Notes: generated by a model not told the origin, from the sequence alone. Shown: positions 41,001 to 56,061, numbered from the whole stretch's first letter. The stretch: DNA of 63,665 nucleotides, filler included, from Octopus bimaculoides (GCF_001194135.2; 4 parts of 4 records of this genome joined end to end with filler, not necessarily neighbours in it), one strand, 5' to 3'. Made by a program: numbers and translations.

Positions 41001-41560
41001 GTAAATGTATTGATAACCTACATATTATTTTATTTTAAAATCTATATGCAAATTTATTTGTATGTCTACTCTAAAACTAAATGTCAGTCTTCTACATTCA
41101 TTGTAAATCTGTTTCAGCACTAGCGCCACTGAGGGTAATACTCTCCGGGAACGCACAAAGGCCCTTTTCAGAGTTAATCACGATTTAGGTATACATACCT
41201 TATTGGTATTTCCTCCTAAATACCCTGGAAACGCATTAAAGCCCTTTTCGGGGTTACTTCATTTGAATTCTATTATCGGGTAACTAATTTTATGTTATTA
41301 TGTAACTGACTTCATAATTTGGGCATTCATATCTTATTGAGATATCCTATGCGCTACTATTAGTGCCTGATGATTCTGTCAAGACACCCGACATGTTATA
41401 AAATACTGGTCTAGCACGCTCTCAACACATAAAAAGATATATTGTATTTATTAAATAATACATGTGCGTGTGTCGTTGTATATATATATACATACATATA
41501 TATACAGACACAAACACACACACACATCAGACACACACACACACACATCACACACACACA

Positions 41561-41643
<83 letters not shown>

Positions 41644-41697
41644 TGCACACACACATGCATACATACATACATGCATGAATACATGCAGATATACATA

Positions 41698-41901
41698 CGA
41701 GGGCGTGCTGAAAAATTCCTGGCTTTAAGGGCATCGCAAAATGTCTGCTCCGACTCCTAAACTTTCGNNNNNNNNNNNNNNNNNNNNNNNNNNNNNNNNN
41801 NNNNNNNNNNNNNNNNGAGGAACATGTTGAGTGAACTGAGAATTGGCTGATCTTCCTGTATTTTCTTTTCCCAAAGTCAGGAACTTTTCAGCAACCCCTC
41901 G
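41698..41901. mobile_element. mariner-type MITE with TA TSD
   Basis: TIRs cgagggcgtgctgaaaaattcctggcttt and aaagtcaggaacttttcagcaacccctcg, flanked by TA on both sides; contains a gap. Confidence 0.85.
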
Positions 41902-41924
41902 TAAATACATGAATATATATGTGT

Positions 41925-41961
<37 letters not shown>

Positions 41962-42467
41962 TCGTGTGTATGTGTATGTGTGTGCATGCGTGAGTGCGTG
42001 TGTGTGTGTACGTAAGTATAGATGTATATACGAATGTACGAAGCAAAGAGACAGGTGGGAATGATTTTCCAAAATATTTCTTATTCTTTCGTCTCTCAAA
42101 TAAATAAATAATTGACGCTACAAAATTAGATACATAAACAGAGAAACAAATGAATGAATGAATAAATAAGTAAATAAATAAATAAGTAAACCTCACCAAC
42201 ATGAGTGTGATGTAGGCGTAAACAACTTTCCACGTGAAACAATTTATATTTCAAAAAGATTTCGCCCTCAATACTACAGACTCCGCAGCTGCAGTGTGAA
42301 ACTTATTTAAAAAGAATGTTTTCTGACTCCATTCAAAGATTATATTTTAATGACAACCAAGAGCAATGAAATAGCTTTTCTAACAATTTTTTAATTTATT
42401 TTTCGTTCTTTCGTAATTGAATATTTGATAATGTTGCTTCTTATAAAATTTTTATGGTTGGTGCTGT

Positions 42468-42513
<46 letters not shown>

Positions 42514-42578
42514 GGTAATGGAAGGAGTAATGGGATGGTGTATATTTAAGATACCTATGTTACATATATATATACACA

Positions 42579-42662
<84 letters not shown>

Positions 42663-42685
42663 TATGGGTGGAATTGTATATATGC

Positions 42686-42718
<33 letters not shown>

Positions 42719-43305
42719 TAAGAGGAGGTATCAAAACGTTCCCGGACTAGTTCTGTAGCGAACCAACAGATGGCAGCACACGGTTGCGTGCGCAATGGGA
42801 GTTTGCAGTGATCTTCATGAAACAGTGTGTCGAGTGACATCGCTGTGTTTACTTCGCAAGTTGTGAAATTTGTGTTTTTGTGATGACGTGTATGTTGTAG
42901 CATGCGATTTTGTCGTGGACTGAAAATTAGAACAATGACCCAACGTGAAATTTTGCGTTAAACTCGGGAGGTCTGCTACAGAGACATTGAGCATGCTTCG
43001 GCAGGCTTACAGCATCGAGGCAATGGGTCGGACGTAATGTTTCGAGTGGCTCGGGCGCTTAAAAAGTGGAAGAACGTTCTTGGAAGACGATGAGTGATCT
43101 GGGAGACCTGCCACGAGTGTCACCTTCGGAAATGTGGAGAAACATCATAGTTTGTGTATGAGGATCATCGGAGGACAATCAACAATATTGCTGATTTGTT
43201 GGTCTGTCATATGCGTCTTTGTATGTAATCCCAACGTCTGAATTGAACATGCAGTGTGTTTCTGACTAATTTGTATCCCACCTATTGACCACTGAGCAGA
43301 GGTCG
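42719..43305 (+). mobile_element. mariner 5' remnant (TIR plus N-terminal HTH)
   Basis: TIR-like gaggaggtatcaaaacgttcccggactag, then [21 protein letters not shown]...CFEW...SGRT..EDDE*SGRP..., with stops and frameshifts. Confidence 0.85.
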
Positions 43306-43459
43306 TAGGAATATTTTTAATACCCATTCCCACCACTACAACTTCGGTTTGTCTAAGGCAGGATACGACAGGGGAATATTTTTCTTAGTCCTGAAAGTAT
43401 AGAACCTAATTATAGTGAAAATAATGAGATTTTAATTGATAAAGGGATTATAAACTTAC

Positions 43460-43551
43460 AGTAGAAGACACCTACCCAAGGCGCCAAGCAGTGGGACTGA
43501 ACCCGGAACCATGCGGTTGGCAATCAAGTGACTTACCACACAGCCATTCCT
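43460..43551 (-). mobile_element. SINE family B head
   Basis: Matches 37680-37773. Confidence 0.8.
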
Positions 43552-44008
43552 ATATATATATATATATATATNNNNNNNNNNNNNNNNNNNNNNNNNNNNN
43601 NNNNNNNNNNNNNNNNNNNNNNNNNNNNNNNNNNNNNNNNNNNNNNNNNNNNNNNNNNNNNNNNNNNNNNNNNNNNNNNNNNNNNNNNNNNNNNNNNNNN
43701 NNNNNNNNNNNNNNNNNNNNNNNNNNNNNNNNNNNNNNNNNNNNNNNNNNNNNNNNNNNNNNNNNNNNNNNNNNNNNNNNNNNNNNNNNNNNNNNNNNNN
43801 NNNNNNNNNNNNNNNNNNNNNNNNNNNNNNNNNNNNNNNNNNNNNNNNNNNNNNNNNNNNNNNNNNNNNNNNNNNNNNNNNNNNNNNNNNNNNNNNNNNN
43901 NNNNNNNNNNNNNNNNNNNNNNNNNNNNNNNNNNNNNNNNNNNNNNNNNNNNNNNNNNNNNNNNNNNNNNNNNNNNNNNNNNNNNNNNNNNNNNNNNNNN
44001 NNNNNNNN

Positions 44009-44157
44009 AGGAGTGACTGTGTAGTAAGTAGTTTGCTTACCAACTACATGGTTCCCGGTTCAGTCCCATTGCGTGGGACCTTGTGCAAGTGTCTTCCACT
44101 ATAGCCTCGGGCCGACCTTGTGAGTGGATTTGGTAGACGGAAACTGAAAGAAGCCCG

Positions 44158-44160
<3 letters not shown>
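44009..44160 (+). mobile_element. SINE family B 5' half
   Basis: Reverse complement of the 37620-37770 sequence. Confidence 0.85.
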
Positions 44161-44197
<37 letters not shown>

Positions 44198-44200
<3 letters not shown>

Positions 44201-44640
44201 CTAACACACCCAGTATTGTAATGATCCTCATACGCAATCAGATACGTTGGGTTGGGTACCTTGCTAGGATGCAGGATGACAGGCTGCGAAAGCAATTGTT
44301 TTACAGAGAGTTACAGCATGGCAAACGTACGAGACATAAACGTAAGGAACGTTTTCGGGATGCTGTTAAAAGCAACCTTATGGCTCTTAATGTGAAAGTT
44401 GAAAACTGGGAGTTGATAACGCAAGATTGATTGGTTTGGAAACAAATGATCTACAATAGATGTAAAGCATTTTAAGCTCGACAGGACTTAACTACAATCC
44501 TAGACACTTTGTTGCTTAAAAATATTTGTAAGACCTGCAGTAGGGTTTGTTTGTCATATAAGCGGTCATATAAGATATCATGACAGTATTTATTAATTGA
44601 AGAGATGGCCTTCTTCTGTGAAGAAGTGACAACCATCATA
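44198..44640 (+). mobile_element. RTE LINE 3' end
   Basis: QIRWVGYLARMQDDRLRKQLFYRELQHGKRTRHKRKERFRDAVKSNL is the classic RTE C-terminal motif; it is followed by a decayed finger ICKTCSRVCLS. Confidence 0.85.
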
Positions 44641-46949
44641 CTGTTGTGTCTGGGGAGAGTCATTCTCTTTTAGTGCCTTATAATTTAGCACATTCACCGG
44701 TAAAGTTTCAACTCATTTATTTTTCTAAAATTTTCGTTGCGTCTAATAACTTTTTCAATAGTTGTTGACTTTGTCCGTTATCCGAGCTGCGTTCTTTTTG
44801 TTTTCTTGTGCACATGTGTGTGGGTCAGTGTATGTGCGCATACATATGTATGCATGTATGGATGATGTATGTATGTATGATGTATGTATGTATGTATGTA
44901 TGCATGCATGTGAGTGTGTGTATTCATGTATGCATGTGTGTATGTATATATGTATGTATGTGTATACGTTTGTATGAATATACTCTGCATATTCATATCT
45001 TTGTGTGTTTGTGTGTTTGCATGTGTGTGTGTACCTCTGTCTCCTTGTGTGAGCATGTCTAAGTGTGTCTGTGTATGGGTTTTTGTGACTATATACCTTG
45101 TCTGTGTGTATGCATGTGTATCTCCATATGTGTGGATATGTCTCCATATGTGTCCGTGTATGAAGTGAAATGTATATGTATATGGTCATGTGTTTAAGTC
45201 TTCATTTGCGTACGTGTGTGTGCATGCGTGCTTGTCTGTTCATATTACCTATGTACCTATCTGTCTGTATGTATATCTGTTTACTTTCATTTCCATTTGC
45301 TTACAAACATGGGCATATACTTATACATAAAGGTATGTTTACATATTTGGGTAGACAGGGAGAAACGAAAGATGGAACTTTCACACAAAATTGTAGATAA
45401 TATAGTTTTTAAATTTTCTGGAGATGTTCGTTTGTATATCCGATCAGAAAATAATAATAATGAAAGAAATGAAATACAACCAATGCATGTATTTATTATT
45501 GGCATACGGACCCTTTTGAGATACCACAAAATGCACACACATACACACACTAGTACACATATATATGCAATTTTGTGGGTAAATGTCTGTGTGCCTGTAT
45601 CTGGGTGTTTACCCGTGGTTGGAAGCGAATATGCTTGTATTATATATATANNNNNNNNNNTATATACATGCATAGAACTTCAAAGCTATTATAACAAGTA
45701 CACATGTATTATATCGCATTACTGTTACACCACTATACATATTACATAATATCAGTTACTGCATCATTCTATTTATTACACCAGACTTACGTATTTGTAC
45801 CTAACATCCAAAAGTCACTGTTCACTACTGACCTTAGATCTCGTCTCAATATGTTTAAATTAAACCGAGCAGTAATTTTTTTTTCCTATGCAAACTATTC
45901 GCTGCCGAAAAACATTTATTCAAATCTATAGAAGTAAGTAGAATTTTTTTCACAGATACGGTAAAAGTGAATTTAATAAATATAGTAAGAAAAGTAAAAT
46001 GGAAATATTATTTTTTGCTATTTAAAATGAGTAACTGCGGCATAAAACGACAGTCAATACAGTATATTTAACACATCATGTGTGTGTGTGTGTGTATGTG
46101 TAAATACATATACATGCATATATGCATATGTTTATATATACATATCTATATATTATATATACATTCAAATACACACACAGACGTATAGGGTTGCACAAAC
46201 TATATACATGATTACAGCTATATAACTATGCTTGTATCTATATGCACATGGACACGTATATTTACTATACAATTACATATATATAATGAAAGGATTTCAC
46301 TAAAATGTGTTGATGATTGAATATGTTTTACACTTTTTTTATAAAATATAAATATATTTGTGTATATGTGTGTATCAGTATGTGTGCGCACATTCGCCTT
46401 CGTATATCCTTATATTTCAATAAGTATCTATATGTTTAACATGGCAAATTGAGAGAGTTTTACGGTGTTTCATATAAAATTTCGTGATATATGTTGCTAT
46501 TCTCAACACTGTAAGTTCAAGTACGGCCGAGATCAGCGTTGCCTTTCATCGTCTCGGAGCTGATACAGACTGTCAGAATATTTAGAAAAATAACTGATTC
46601 GTTTGTGTTCTGGCAACACATTTGTGTTCTGGCAGCAAAGTCTGAGATTGCTCAGGTGCCAAGTTGCATTAGCCCAAGTTTTTTGCACCCTTTTCGTGGA
46701 CAACGTCAATGGCGTGTGATAGGAGCCATGAATGCATGAACAACCACCAGTCCCCCAAAAGATTGCTTTCACCTGTGCATGTCGACGTAGATCAGTCGTC
46801 AACCTTCTTTCGTTCTGTCTTTTCACTTCTTCGATTTCATTTTACCCAAGTTTTCTGGTTCCTCAAATATCTTCTAACCATTACATGTAGAACCAAATTT
46901 AGAATATTTTAAGAATAATATTAGAATTTTAAGAATAATATTAGAACTC

Positions 46950-47140
46950 GTGTCCATTATAACCTTCGAACAGGAGAGGTCGTGTGTCACGTAGCTAGCT
47001 AGAGGCGATGGCCTCTTGGAGCTAATCAACGGCAGCATTCGTCCTATTTTCCTGAACTGCCATGTTAGCTTGGCGATAACTATTAATATCCAGCACCGCT
47101 GCCGTAGTTTTTTTCAGAGAGATTTAGAAATATTAATAAT
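46950..47140 (-). repeat. Second, internally deleted copy of the 26296-26612 repeat
   Basis: Reverse complement of 26296-26455 joined directly to a 31-bp inverted-repeat arm. Confidence 0.8.
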
Positions 47141-47476
47141 TCTATTAGAGACCACTTTTTGATTAATTTTCTGATCACTTTGCTTTTTTTTATTACTCAT
47201 AAAGCAATAGAAAATTCTATAACTAAGTACCTAACAGAGTTACACTTTTTGACTCAGCCAGTTCTTCACTTCATGGAAATTAATTTCGATTTGGCTATGT
47301 CTCAGACTTTCTCACATTAAACAAAACTTCAGAGCAAGTCATAGTATATGTATAATTTCTTGTTTAGAGACATCCGAATGTTGTAAGACTTTTCTATTCA
47401 GACCTGCTTAAGATCGGCTTCTAGCATAAAACGAATGGCAATCTGTATATGAAGAACTAATATTATATCCATAAAT

Positions 47477-47690
47477 GGTGCGGCGAACCGACAACATTGT
47501 TTGAACGACGGACAAAATACTTAGCACCATTTCGTCCGTCTTTATGTTCTGAGCTCAAATGCCACCGGGATCGATTTTGCCTTTCACCCTTTTGGGGGCC
47601 AATAAAATAAGTACCAGTTGAGCACTGGCGACGATGTAATCGACTTACCCTTCCCTCCAATTTTCTGATCTTGTGCCAAAATTTGAGACC
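47477..47690 (+). mobile_element. SINE family A copy (further copies at about 3820-3960 -, 48885-49085 -, 49250-49445 +, 55335-55440 -, 55860-55990 +)
   Basis: Shared ttctgagttcaaat...cctttc...gtaccagttgagcactgg...gtaatcgact blocks. Confidence 0.8.
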
Positions 47691-48012
47691 GATATTATAC
47701 CCATAAATAAGTACATATATGTACTTACATACATATATATATNNNNNNNNNNNNNNNNNNNNNNNNNNNNNNNNNNNNNNNNNNNNNNNNNNNNNNNNNN
47801 NNNNNNNNNNNNNNNNNNNNNNNNNNNNNNNNNNNNNNNNNNNNNNNNNNNNNNNNNNNNNNNNNNNNNNNNNNNNNNNNNNNNNNNNNNNNNNNNNNNN
47901 NNNNNNNNNNNNNNNNNNNNNNNNNNNNNNNNNNNNNNNNNNNNNNNNNNNNNNNNNNNNNNNNNNNNNNGCATATATATATGTGTATATATATATATAT
48001 TTACATATGTGT

Positions 48013-48056
<44 letters not shown>

Positions 48057-51000
48057 ATTTATACGCACGTTGAAATATATTGACACGCACGTATTTCACA
48101 TTCACGTCCAATCACAATACAGCTAAAAGAAAAAAGGCACCAGCATTTCAGACCACTATATGCACACCTTTGATAGAATAACTATAAATATTATATAAAT
48201 GTCTGTAAATTCAAATGTAACAATTCTTTGATTCCTTATAGCAACGAGACATTTACTGGTTAAAACTTAACCAAAAAATACAAAGATTTTATAATAAATA
48301 TTTTATTATTCTTCACTTGTGTCTCTCATAAGGTTAGATGTTATCTTGTTTTATACGTTTTCTGAAAGTTTGAAGTTTTCTTTTAATGGTAAAGTTTAGT
48401 TGATATTATATGTAACTTTACATTTTTCATAACTTGGCACGTAAGACGATATTTCTTACTGTATTTACGGCTTTTTTTTACCTCCTCATTTATTGATAAA
48501 ATTAAAGCTGGTTTTTCTGTAACAAACGAAACATTTCTGACAAAGGATATATAATTAAGATATCTTTTTTTTATTTTGTTGGTGTTCACTTATGTTTTTA
48601 CCGTTTTTTTCTCGACGTCAAACGGTTAAAATAAAATGCTGAACTATCAAAAATCTTTCTTTAAAAATATAAAATAAGTGACATAAGTTTAAATAAAAGT
48701 AATACATGTTTTAAAAGAATTTCTATATGTAATATTTTCATGAATGAAATTTAAAAAATGAAAATATTACATGAAAATCACAAGATTTCAAATAAAAACA
48801 TTATTGCTTTCTAACTGATGTACAAAGCCACAAAGATTTTTAAACGTAGAGGGAAAGTTCATATATGGTTAAATCTAAAGCAGTAGTTAACTGGTACTCA
48901 CTTTATCGACCCCAAATATATGGGACATCAATTTTGAAGAGAGAGGGCAAGTGATTTACGTCAACCTTTGTACTTATGTTGAACTTCATTTTACCGAACC
49001 CAGACAAATGTAAAGCAGGGTTGACCTCGCTAGAATTTGAATTCAGAACGTAGAGCTCCGGAATAAATACTGCACATTCTTTTCCTGCCACTATGGAGAT
49101 ACTACAATTTCACTGAGTTCGAATAAAAGTAATAATAATAATCTGTTCTAATTTAGACACGAGGCCAGCAATTTTTAAAGGGAGAAAATTAGTTGACCCA
49201 CCTTCTTTACTGCTATTTTATTTTATTGATTCCATTTTTAGTAATAGTCAAGGTGGAATCGTTAGCATGCCGGAGAAATTTTTTCTGATTCATGATGTTC
49301 TGAGTTCAAATTCTGCAGAGGTTGAAATTACCTTTTATCCTTTCAGGGTCATTAAAATATATAATAGTTGAGTACTGGGGTCAGTGTAATCGATTAGTCC
49401 CGTCTGCACCAAAATTCCGGGCCTTGTGCCTATCGTAGAGAGGATTATAAAAGTAATCTCGTTTAAGTTCGAGGTAAAGTTTTACTTGTACTAATAATCT
49501 ATGTCCTGCATGCTGTTTGTATTCTGAGCCTAACTGAATTAATATCACTGTAACGTTTTTGAAAAAGCCTTGGCATCAGATATGTGTAATTTTATCTATT
49601 AGATGCTTCTTGGATTTTCAAACATTGACTCTCAGTTCATCTTGCTCCACTTCATTTTCTTCCTAATTTACCTGGGAAGAGATGCCATTGTCTTTTGGAA
49701 AATATTGTTCCTCCTCACCTGTTTTCCTTGTTTTGTGTTTCTTCTGTTTCTGTGATTTCTTTCTTTTTTCCCCTTTTCTGTTTTCACTACTCATACTTGA
49801 ATTTTCATCGGTATATCTTTCTCATATCACCTATTCGGGGATGAAAAGTTTCCTCATTTATTTATAATACTGGACCTAAAAGATGTTTCACTCGCCATAA
49901 CCAGAATTTCGGCTGCTAGTGCCTCTTTCGCCACGTACCGAATCGTAAACCGACTGTATTATCCAGATTTATATCTTCTACTTATTACCACCTTGTATAC
50001 GTTTAGAAATATTCTAACCAAATTTACTCCTGCAATATCCAACACTGTTATGTTGTCTGTGTGCTCCTATACAGCTCTTCTAGGTCCCAGTTTAAAAAGA
50101 GTGCCCCTCAACAATTCTCAATTTTGATGCAATATATCGAGTGTCATTATGTACAGGAAAGAAGCTTCACGTGACACATCAAGAGCGCAATATGAAATGG
50201 CTCCGAGAAATGGCCGTTCCCTTTGGTCATTAAGCAGATGCCGTGGTGTACTGTTGTGAGTCATCCTCTGAAAACAGGTCTGAAACAGGTCACTTCTAGA
50301 ACACCTAAGTGGCGATGGTCGACTCTTTTAAAAGATTTTAATTGTTCCTAATTGATCAATTCCCAACAGAAATTCGAAGAATAATGTTTTGTTTTAAAGA
50401 GAGGAAAGACACTGAAACTAAAAAAGATAAAGGAAAATGGTACGGAGGATAATATTGTGTTTGCTTACATCTCATGGCATTCTGACTGGGGTGACTTTGT
50501 ATTCGTGTGTATCGTATTGTGTTTGCAAATGTTGATGCATTGCTAGAACATTGTATTCATTAAGGTTAAGAAATATTAGAGCCTTGTTTTTGATGTATTC
50601 GTTGTAATCTTGTTAAATTAAAGGTATAGGTTGTAGAAGCTTCTCATATTCTGAAAGGTTGAGCAGCTTTTGTTAATGTGATTAATGTTTTGTTTGGTCA
50701 AGAATAAAGAAATTTAATGTAAATTATTTTTAATCAAAACTTTATATTTGTTTCTTTCGAGGCGATCCAAAAAGATATTATAACGGATTCAATGACATTA
50801 ACAGATAAAGTCAGTAAATACACAACCCACCCAATAAAATTAGACAAAAAATACAATAGCAAAATAAATTAAAAGCATGACTGCTCTTCAGCAAATGCAA
50901 GTAAACAACGGGACACAAAATAAAATTAAACAATCAATCAAAAATAGTACATTGCAAACCAATGAGACCACACTTACACCAACAATTCTAATTACATCAC

Positions 51001-51116
51001 CGATTGTAACTATACTCCTCTGAAGATCGAAGTGACATGAAACTCAAGTTGTGAAACAAACATTCCGTTTTTTAACAATACATTCCGCAACATGTACTGA
51101 GCGCTTTTTTATCATT

Positions 51117-51265
<149 letters not shown>

Positions 51266-52096
51266 TTTTACTATAGATATATATATTTTACACACAAGAA
51301 AGTAAATTTCGAACGCAGTATTATAGTGAAATCATCTGGGAAAGATTGGGTATTTACCCTTAGAAGACAAAAAAAAAATGTTGAGTAAATACCCAATCTT
51401 TTTCTGCTGATTTCGCAGCTGTACTGCCTTCGAAATTTACTGTCTTGTCTGTAAAATACCAACAAATTCAGTGCCTCCAAAGTTTGTTTATAACGTGCGT
51501 GTGTGTGTGTGTGCGCGCGCGCGTAGGTATGGGTGCGTGTGCGCGTATGTTTGTGTGTATCAAAATGGAAGACGAACAAACAAGGCATCTGGTGTCACTT
51601 GAGGATATCTACTTCATAATAAAGGATACAAGTAAAGTATAAATAAAGCATAGAAGACTTATAGTAGATGAGTAAGGAATCTTACAACTATTTCTGGAAT
51701 ATCGGAGGAACTGCATCATGTTAATGTGAACGAATTCACGTAACCCAAGTATTCCATCATCAAAGAGATCGAGGTAAAACTGACTAGAAAGACAGATCCT
51801 TAATTGAGGATATCAGTAGACATCAGTTAGAATGAGAGGCAACTATATTAGGTAATCTCATATTAAAGAGTTAATGAAGTAAGTCATAGATTTAATAAAG
51901 TCGCGTTAAGTCCGTTGGCGTTACGTATATGAATGTTTTTGTCACCTGAGAGATAGAGATAAGCAGTATAGAAAGACAGACGCTTAATTGATGATATTAG
52001 TAATCATCAGTATTAGGTAATTCCATGATTAAAGGATCAGTGAATTAGTGAAATCGTATAAGGTCCGTTGACAGTTTCCCGTAGGAATGTTTTACT

Positions 52097-52157
<61 letters not shown>

Positions 52158-52493
52158 GGATGGATGGATGGATGGATGGATGGATGGNNNNNNNNNNATG
52201 GATGGATGGATGGATGGATGGACGGACAAGACAGTTCTATAATGAACTTCGGCAAGAGAGATCGAGGATTTCGGTGTTGTAATATATTTAGAACAGTTTT
52301 GTTTGCCGTAACATTAATACACTGACCACGCAATCAGAACGGCCGAACAGGAATGTAAATTAGATATGAATCCATTTCCATCAATATTGATCGCATGATG
52401 AAATACTTGCGATGTAATCATATAACTTTTAAAGAAATAAGTTTGGGTAGGATGGCATATTTGAATATACATACATACATCCATCCATACATA

Positions 52494-53450
52494 CAGGGTG
52501 TCCTAAAATTAAGACAACAGAAGTTTCGGGTTTTAATAACTATCAATAAATGTGACAAGATATGAAAACTATACGTCACATCTTATCTTAGTGTTTCTTC
52601 TTTTTGTTTCAGACTAAAATTCAGATTTATAAATTAGATAATGGCTATAGACCGAAATACAATCGTAGCCCTCCACGAAGGAGGTGAAAGTAATACAGCT
52701 ATAGCAAAAAAGCTTAAAATTAACTGAAGACCAGTCTGGAAAATTGCCAAGAAATTTCGAGAAACTGGTTCCACCGCTGATCGACGTGAATGAGGCTGAA
52801 AATGAAGTTAGTGGACCATGCAGCTTAACAAAAGAACCAAAGAAAATATACGGCAAAATCCTCGTCGTTGTGTCAGATAAGTGGCCGCCACAGCAAAAGT
52901 GAACCGAACATCGATGTATCGAATGCTGAAGGAGGATCTCAGGAACCACCGCAACAAAATGATCTACCGTCATGAGTTCACGTAAGTTTATAAGTCCATG
53001 AGAAGTCATCTTATCCTGCATCAAATCGCTGAAAGCACGCTGCTCAACTTGGTGTTATTTGATGAAAACGAGTTGACATCGAACAAACAGTAAACCATCA
53101 GAATGACTAACTTTGGAATGTATCTGGTTCCATCGACGGTAGACTCGTAAATCGACATCAAAATCCCCCCACTGTCAGTTAATGTTTGGGCGCTGTGACA
53201 GCCACTGGGAGGTCTTACCTCGTTTTGTACCCTCGGGTGTTAAAATTAACACACAACAATACATTAGTGACATTCTGGAAGCTGAACTGTTTCCATGGGC
53301 GAAGAAGCACTATCAAGGCGCAGCTTGAGACCTCCAACAGGACTTGGCATCATCTCACAGCTCCAAACAGATACAACACTGGGTTCAGAAAAAGCATTTC
53401 GTCGTTCATAAGCAAGGATGTATGGCTCTCAAGAAACCCCGATCTACATA
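52494..53450 (+). mobile_element. maT (DD37D-like) Tc1/mariner transposase pseudogene, 3'-truncated
   Basis: TA|cagggtgtcctaaaattaag left TIR; MAIDRNTIVALHEGGESNTAIAKKL...KFRETGS..., VLFDE (first D), WGAVTATGRS...GVKINTQQYISDIL, LQQDLASSH...VWLSRNPDL. Confidence 0.85.
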
Positions 53451-53709
53451 TACAATGTGTGTGGTGGGGGGGGTCTGTTTCTATGTACGTATATCAACAC
53501 ATGCACGCACAGGGTGCGAAAAGCAAATGAAGGATATATTTGGTAATATCTAAGTGTATGTCATTTCATTTCTTTTCGTAGCATATTGTCTATCATGAGG
53601 TTTCCGAAAGAAACCAAAACCTTTTAATTCGTTTGAAGAAAGTAATATGCTAGTAATTAAGTATCCTAAAGTACATCTTGCATCATGTACATGCAGACAT
53701 ACACACAGA

Positions 53710-53752
<43 letters not shown>

Positions 53753-54392
53753 ATTAGCGGGCGTGTATGTGTTCGTCCGTATGCATGCATTTATGCCTAT
53801 ATACATATATATATATACACACACACATATATACACGCATTCGTATATATAAAAATATATATATGTATATGTATATGTATATGTATATATATATGTACAT
53901 ATATGTATATGTATGTATATATNNNNNNNNNNNNNNNNNNNNNNNNNNNNNNNNNNNNNNNNNNNNNNNNNNNNNNNNNNNNNNNNNNNNNNNNNNNNNN
54001 NNNNNNNNNNNNNNNNNNNNNNNNNNNNNNNNNNNNNNNNNNNNNNNNNNNNNNNNNNNNNNNNNNNNNNNNNNNNNNNNNNNNNNNNNNNNNNNNNNNN
54101 NNNNNNNNNNNNNNNNNNNNNNNNNNNNNNNNNNNNNNNNNNNNNNNNNNNNNNNNNNNNNNNNNNNNNNNNNNNNNNNNNNNNNNNNNNNNNNNNNNNN
54201 NNNNNNNNNNNNNNNNNNNNNNNNNNNNNNNNNNNNNNNNNNNNNNNNNNNNNNNNNNNNNNNNNNNNNNNNNNNNNNNNNNNNNNNNNNNNNNNNNNNN
54301 NNNNNNNNNNNNNNNNNNNNNNNNNNNNNNNNNNNNNNNNNNNNNNNNNNNNNNNNNNNNNNNNNNNATATATGATATTATTTTATATATAT

Positions 54393-54423
<31 letters not shown>

Positions 54424-55544
54424 ATATTATATATTATGTATCATATATTATATATATGCACAGACATACATAATTTGCTGATTCTTTCTCTACTCATAAT
54501 TTATATATTCAATGCCTCTAAACATATGTTCTGGGTAACGAAAATGTAAATCAACCCAATTAAACCTTGCCTGGACTACAAGAAAATAATTAAATTTTGC
54601 CGTTTAACAACATTCACACATACAAAAAAATAAATTTTCTGTAACGCTAATAGCAATGGTTTGGATAAATTGGTTTAAGGAGAGTAACTACGATTGATCT
54701 ATGTTGGAGACTTACAGTTAGTGTGATAGGTATGTTTTATGTTAATAAATGATGGACAATGAAATGATAAATGTACCTCTTCGGTCGTCATAAGACGCCA
54801 AAAATAATTAATTTGGAACTAGTTTCCTCTCAATACAAATGAGGTCTTCAAGAAATTCTGTTATATTTGACGAACAAAACATTGATGGAAAATGATGTGA
54901 CCAGAAAGGTACAGGAAGAAGTGAGCATCTACTGTACGGATGTACGTATATGCATTTATAAATATGTATAGGTGTATATATATGCATGCATGCATACATA
55001 TATGTATAACTAAATATATATATATGTATATATATATATATNNNNNNNNNNNNNNNNNNNNNNNNNNNNNNNNNNNNNNNNNNNNTTAATTAATTAANNN
55101 NNNNNNNNNNNNNNNNNNNNNNNNNNNNNNNNNNNNNNNNNAGGTTTCACCATGCTTCTTTTGCCCGGCGGCAAATTCAAATATGCATATATAAAAAGAG
55201 AGGGAGATAGAAGCTGCTGTTTCTGTGGATGTTGAAAAATAAGGTCCCTGAATGAAACATCTATAATTCACCTTGATACGAATAAAAGCTGTCAGCGGGC
55301 AGAGATGCATATATATTATAACCCAGACATCCATCATTATATATATTGGTTTCAAATTTTGGCACAAGGCCAGCAAGTTTTTTTTTTGGGGGGGGGGGTC
55401 GATTACGTCGACCCCAGGGCTCAGCTGCCACTTGTTTTCTCGATTAAGATTAACTGCCTGAAACGGTCGTGACTTCTGGGACTGAGGAAAGAAGGCCACG
55501 AATGACTCGTCTTTTTTACCCGTCCTTCTAATTGTTGTTTCTCT

Positions 55545-55850
55545 TGTCCGCATTGTATCGTCTATAGGGTAAAGACCTCCTTCGGTCATAAATGACCATG
55601 GGATTGCACCTAGAAATTTCTCCTCCGGGGCATAAGTCAGGGCAAAATTATTTATAGAACGCCAGCAGTCACCCATGCATATCAGCCTCCTCTATCCACG
55701 CCACCGATGTTATCCCAGGGAAAGGCAAAGGGGCCGATACAGCTTGGCACCAGTGACACCACAACTCATTTCTACAGCTGAGTGAACTGGAGCAACGTGA
55801 AATAACACAAGTTGTGTGTTGTGTTTTTGAAGAACACAACACACAATTCG
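55545..55850 (+). mobile_element. SINE-like interspersed repeat (GC-richer; catttctacagctgagtgaactggagcaacgtgaaat block)
   Basis: Recognised as a repeat-type sequence by composition and motif; only one copy in this window. Confidence 0.45.
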
Positions 55851-56061
55851 GTAAAGGTTGAAAGGCAATGGTGTCGATTTTCCCTTTCCTTCGTCCGAGG
55901 TCCATTAAAATAATGTATACCAACCGAGTACTGGAATCGATGTAATCAACTTACCTCTCCGTCTCAACATTATTGGCTTCGTGTCAAAATGAGCAAGAAT
56001 TATTAATTTCATTATAAGTTTTTTACCCCCTTTTTAAATAAATAAACATATTTTTCATTGC

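Noticed and set aside
46533-46912. GC-richer patch with three overlapping short ORFs
   Set aside because: No recognisable domain or splice structure; probably an unidentified repeat remnant.
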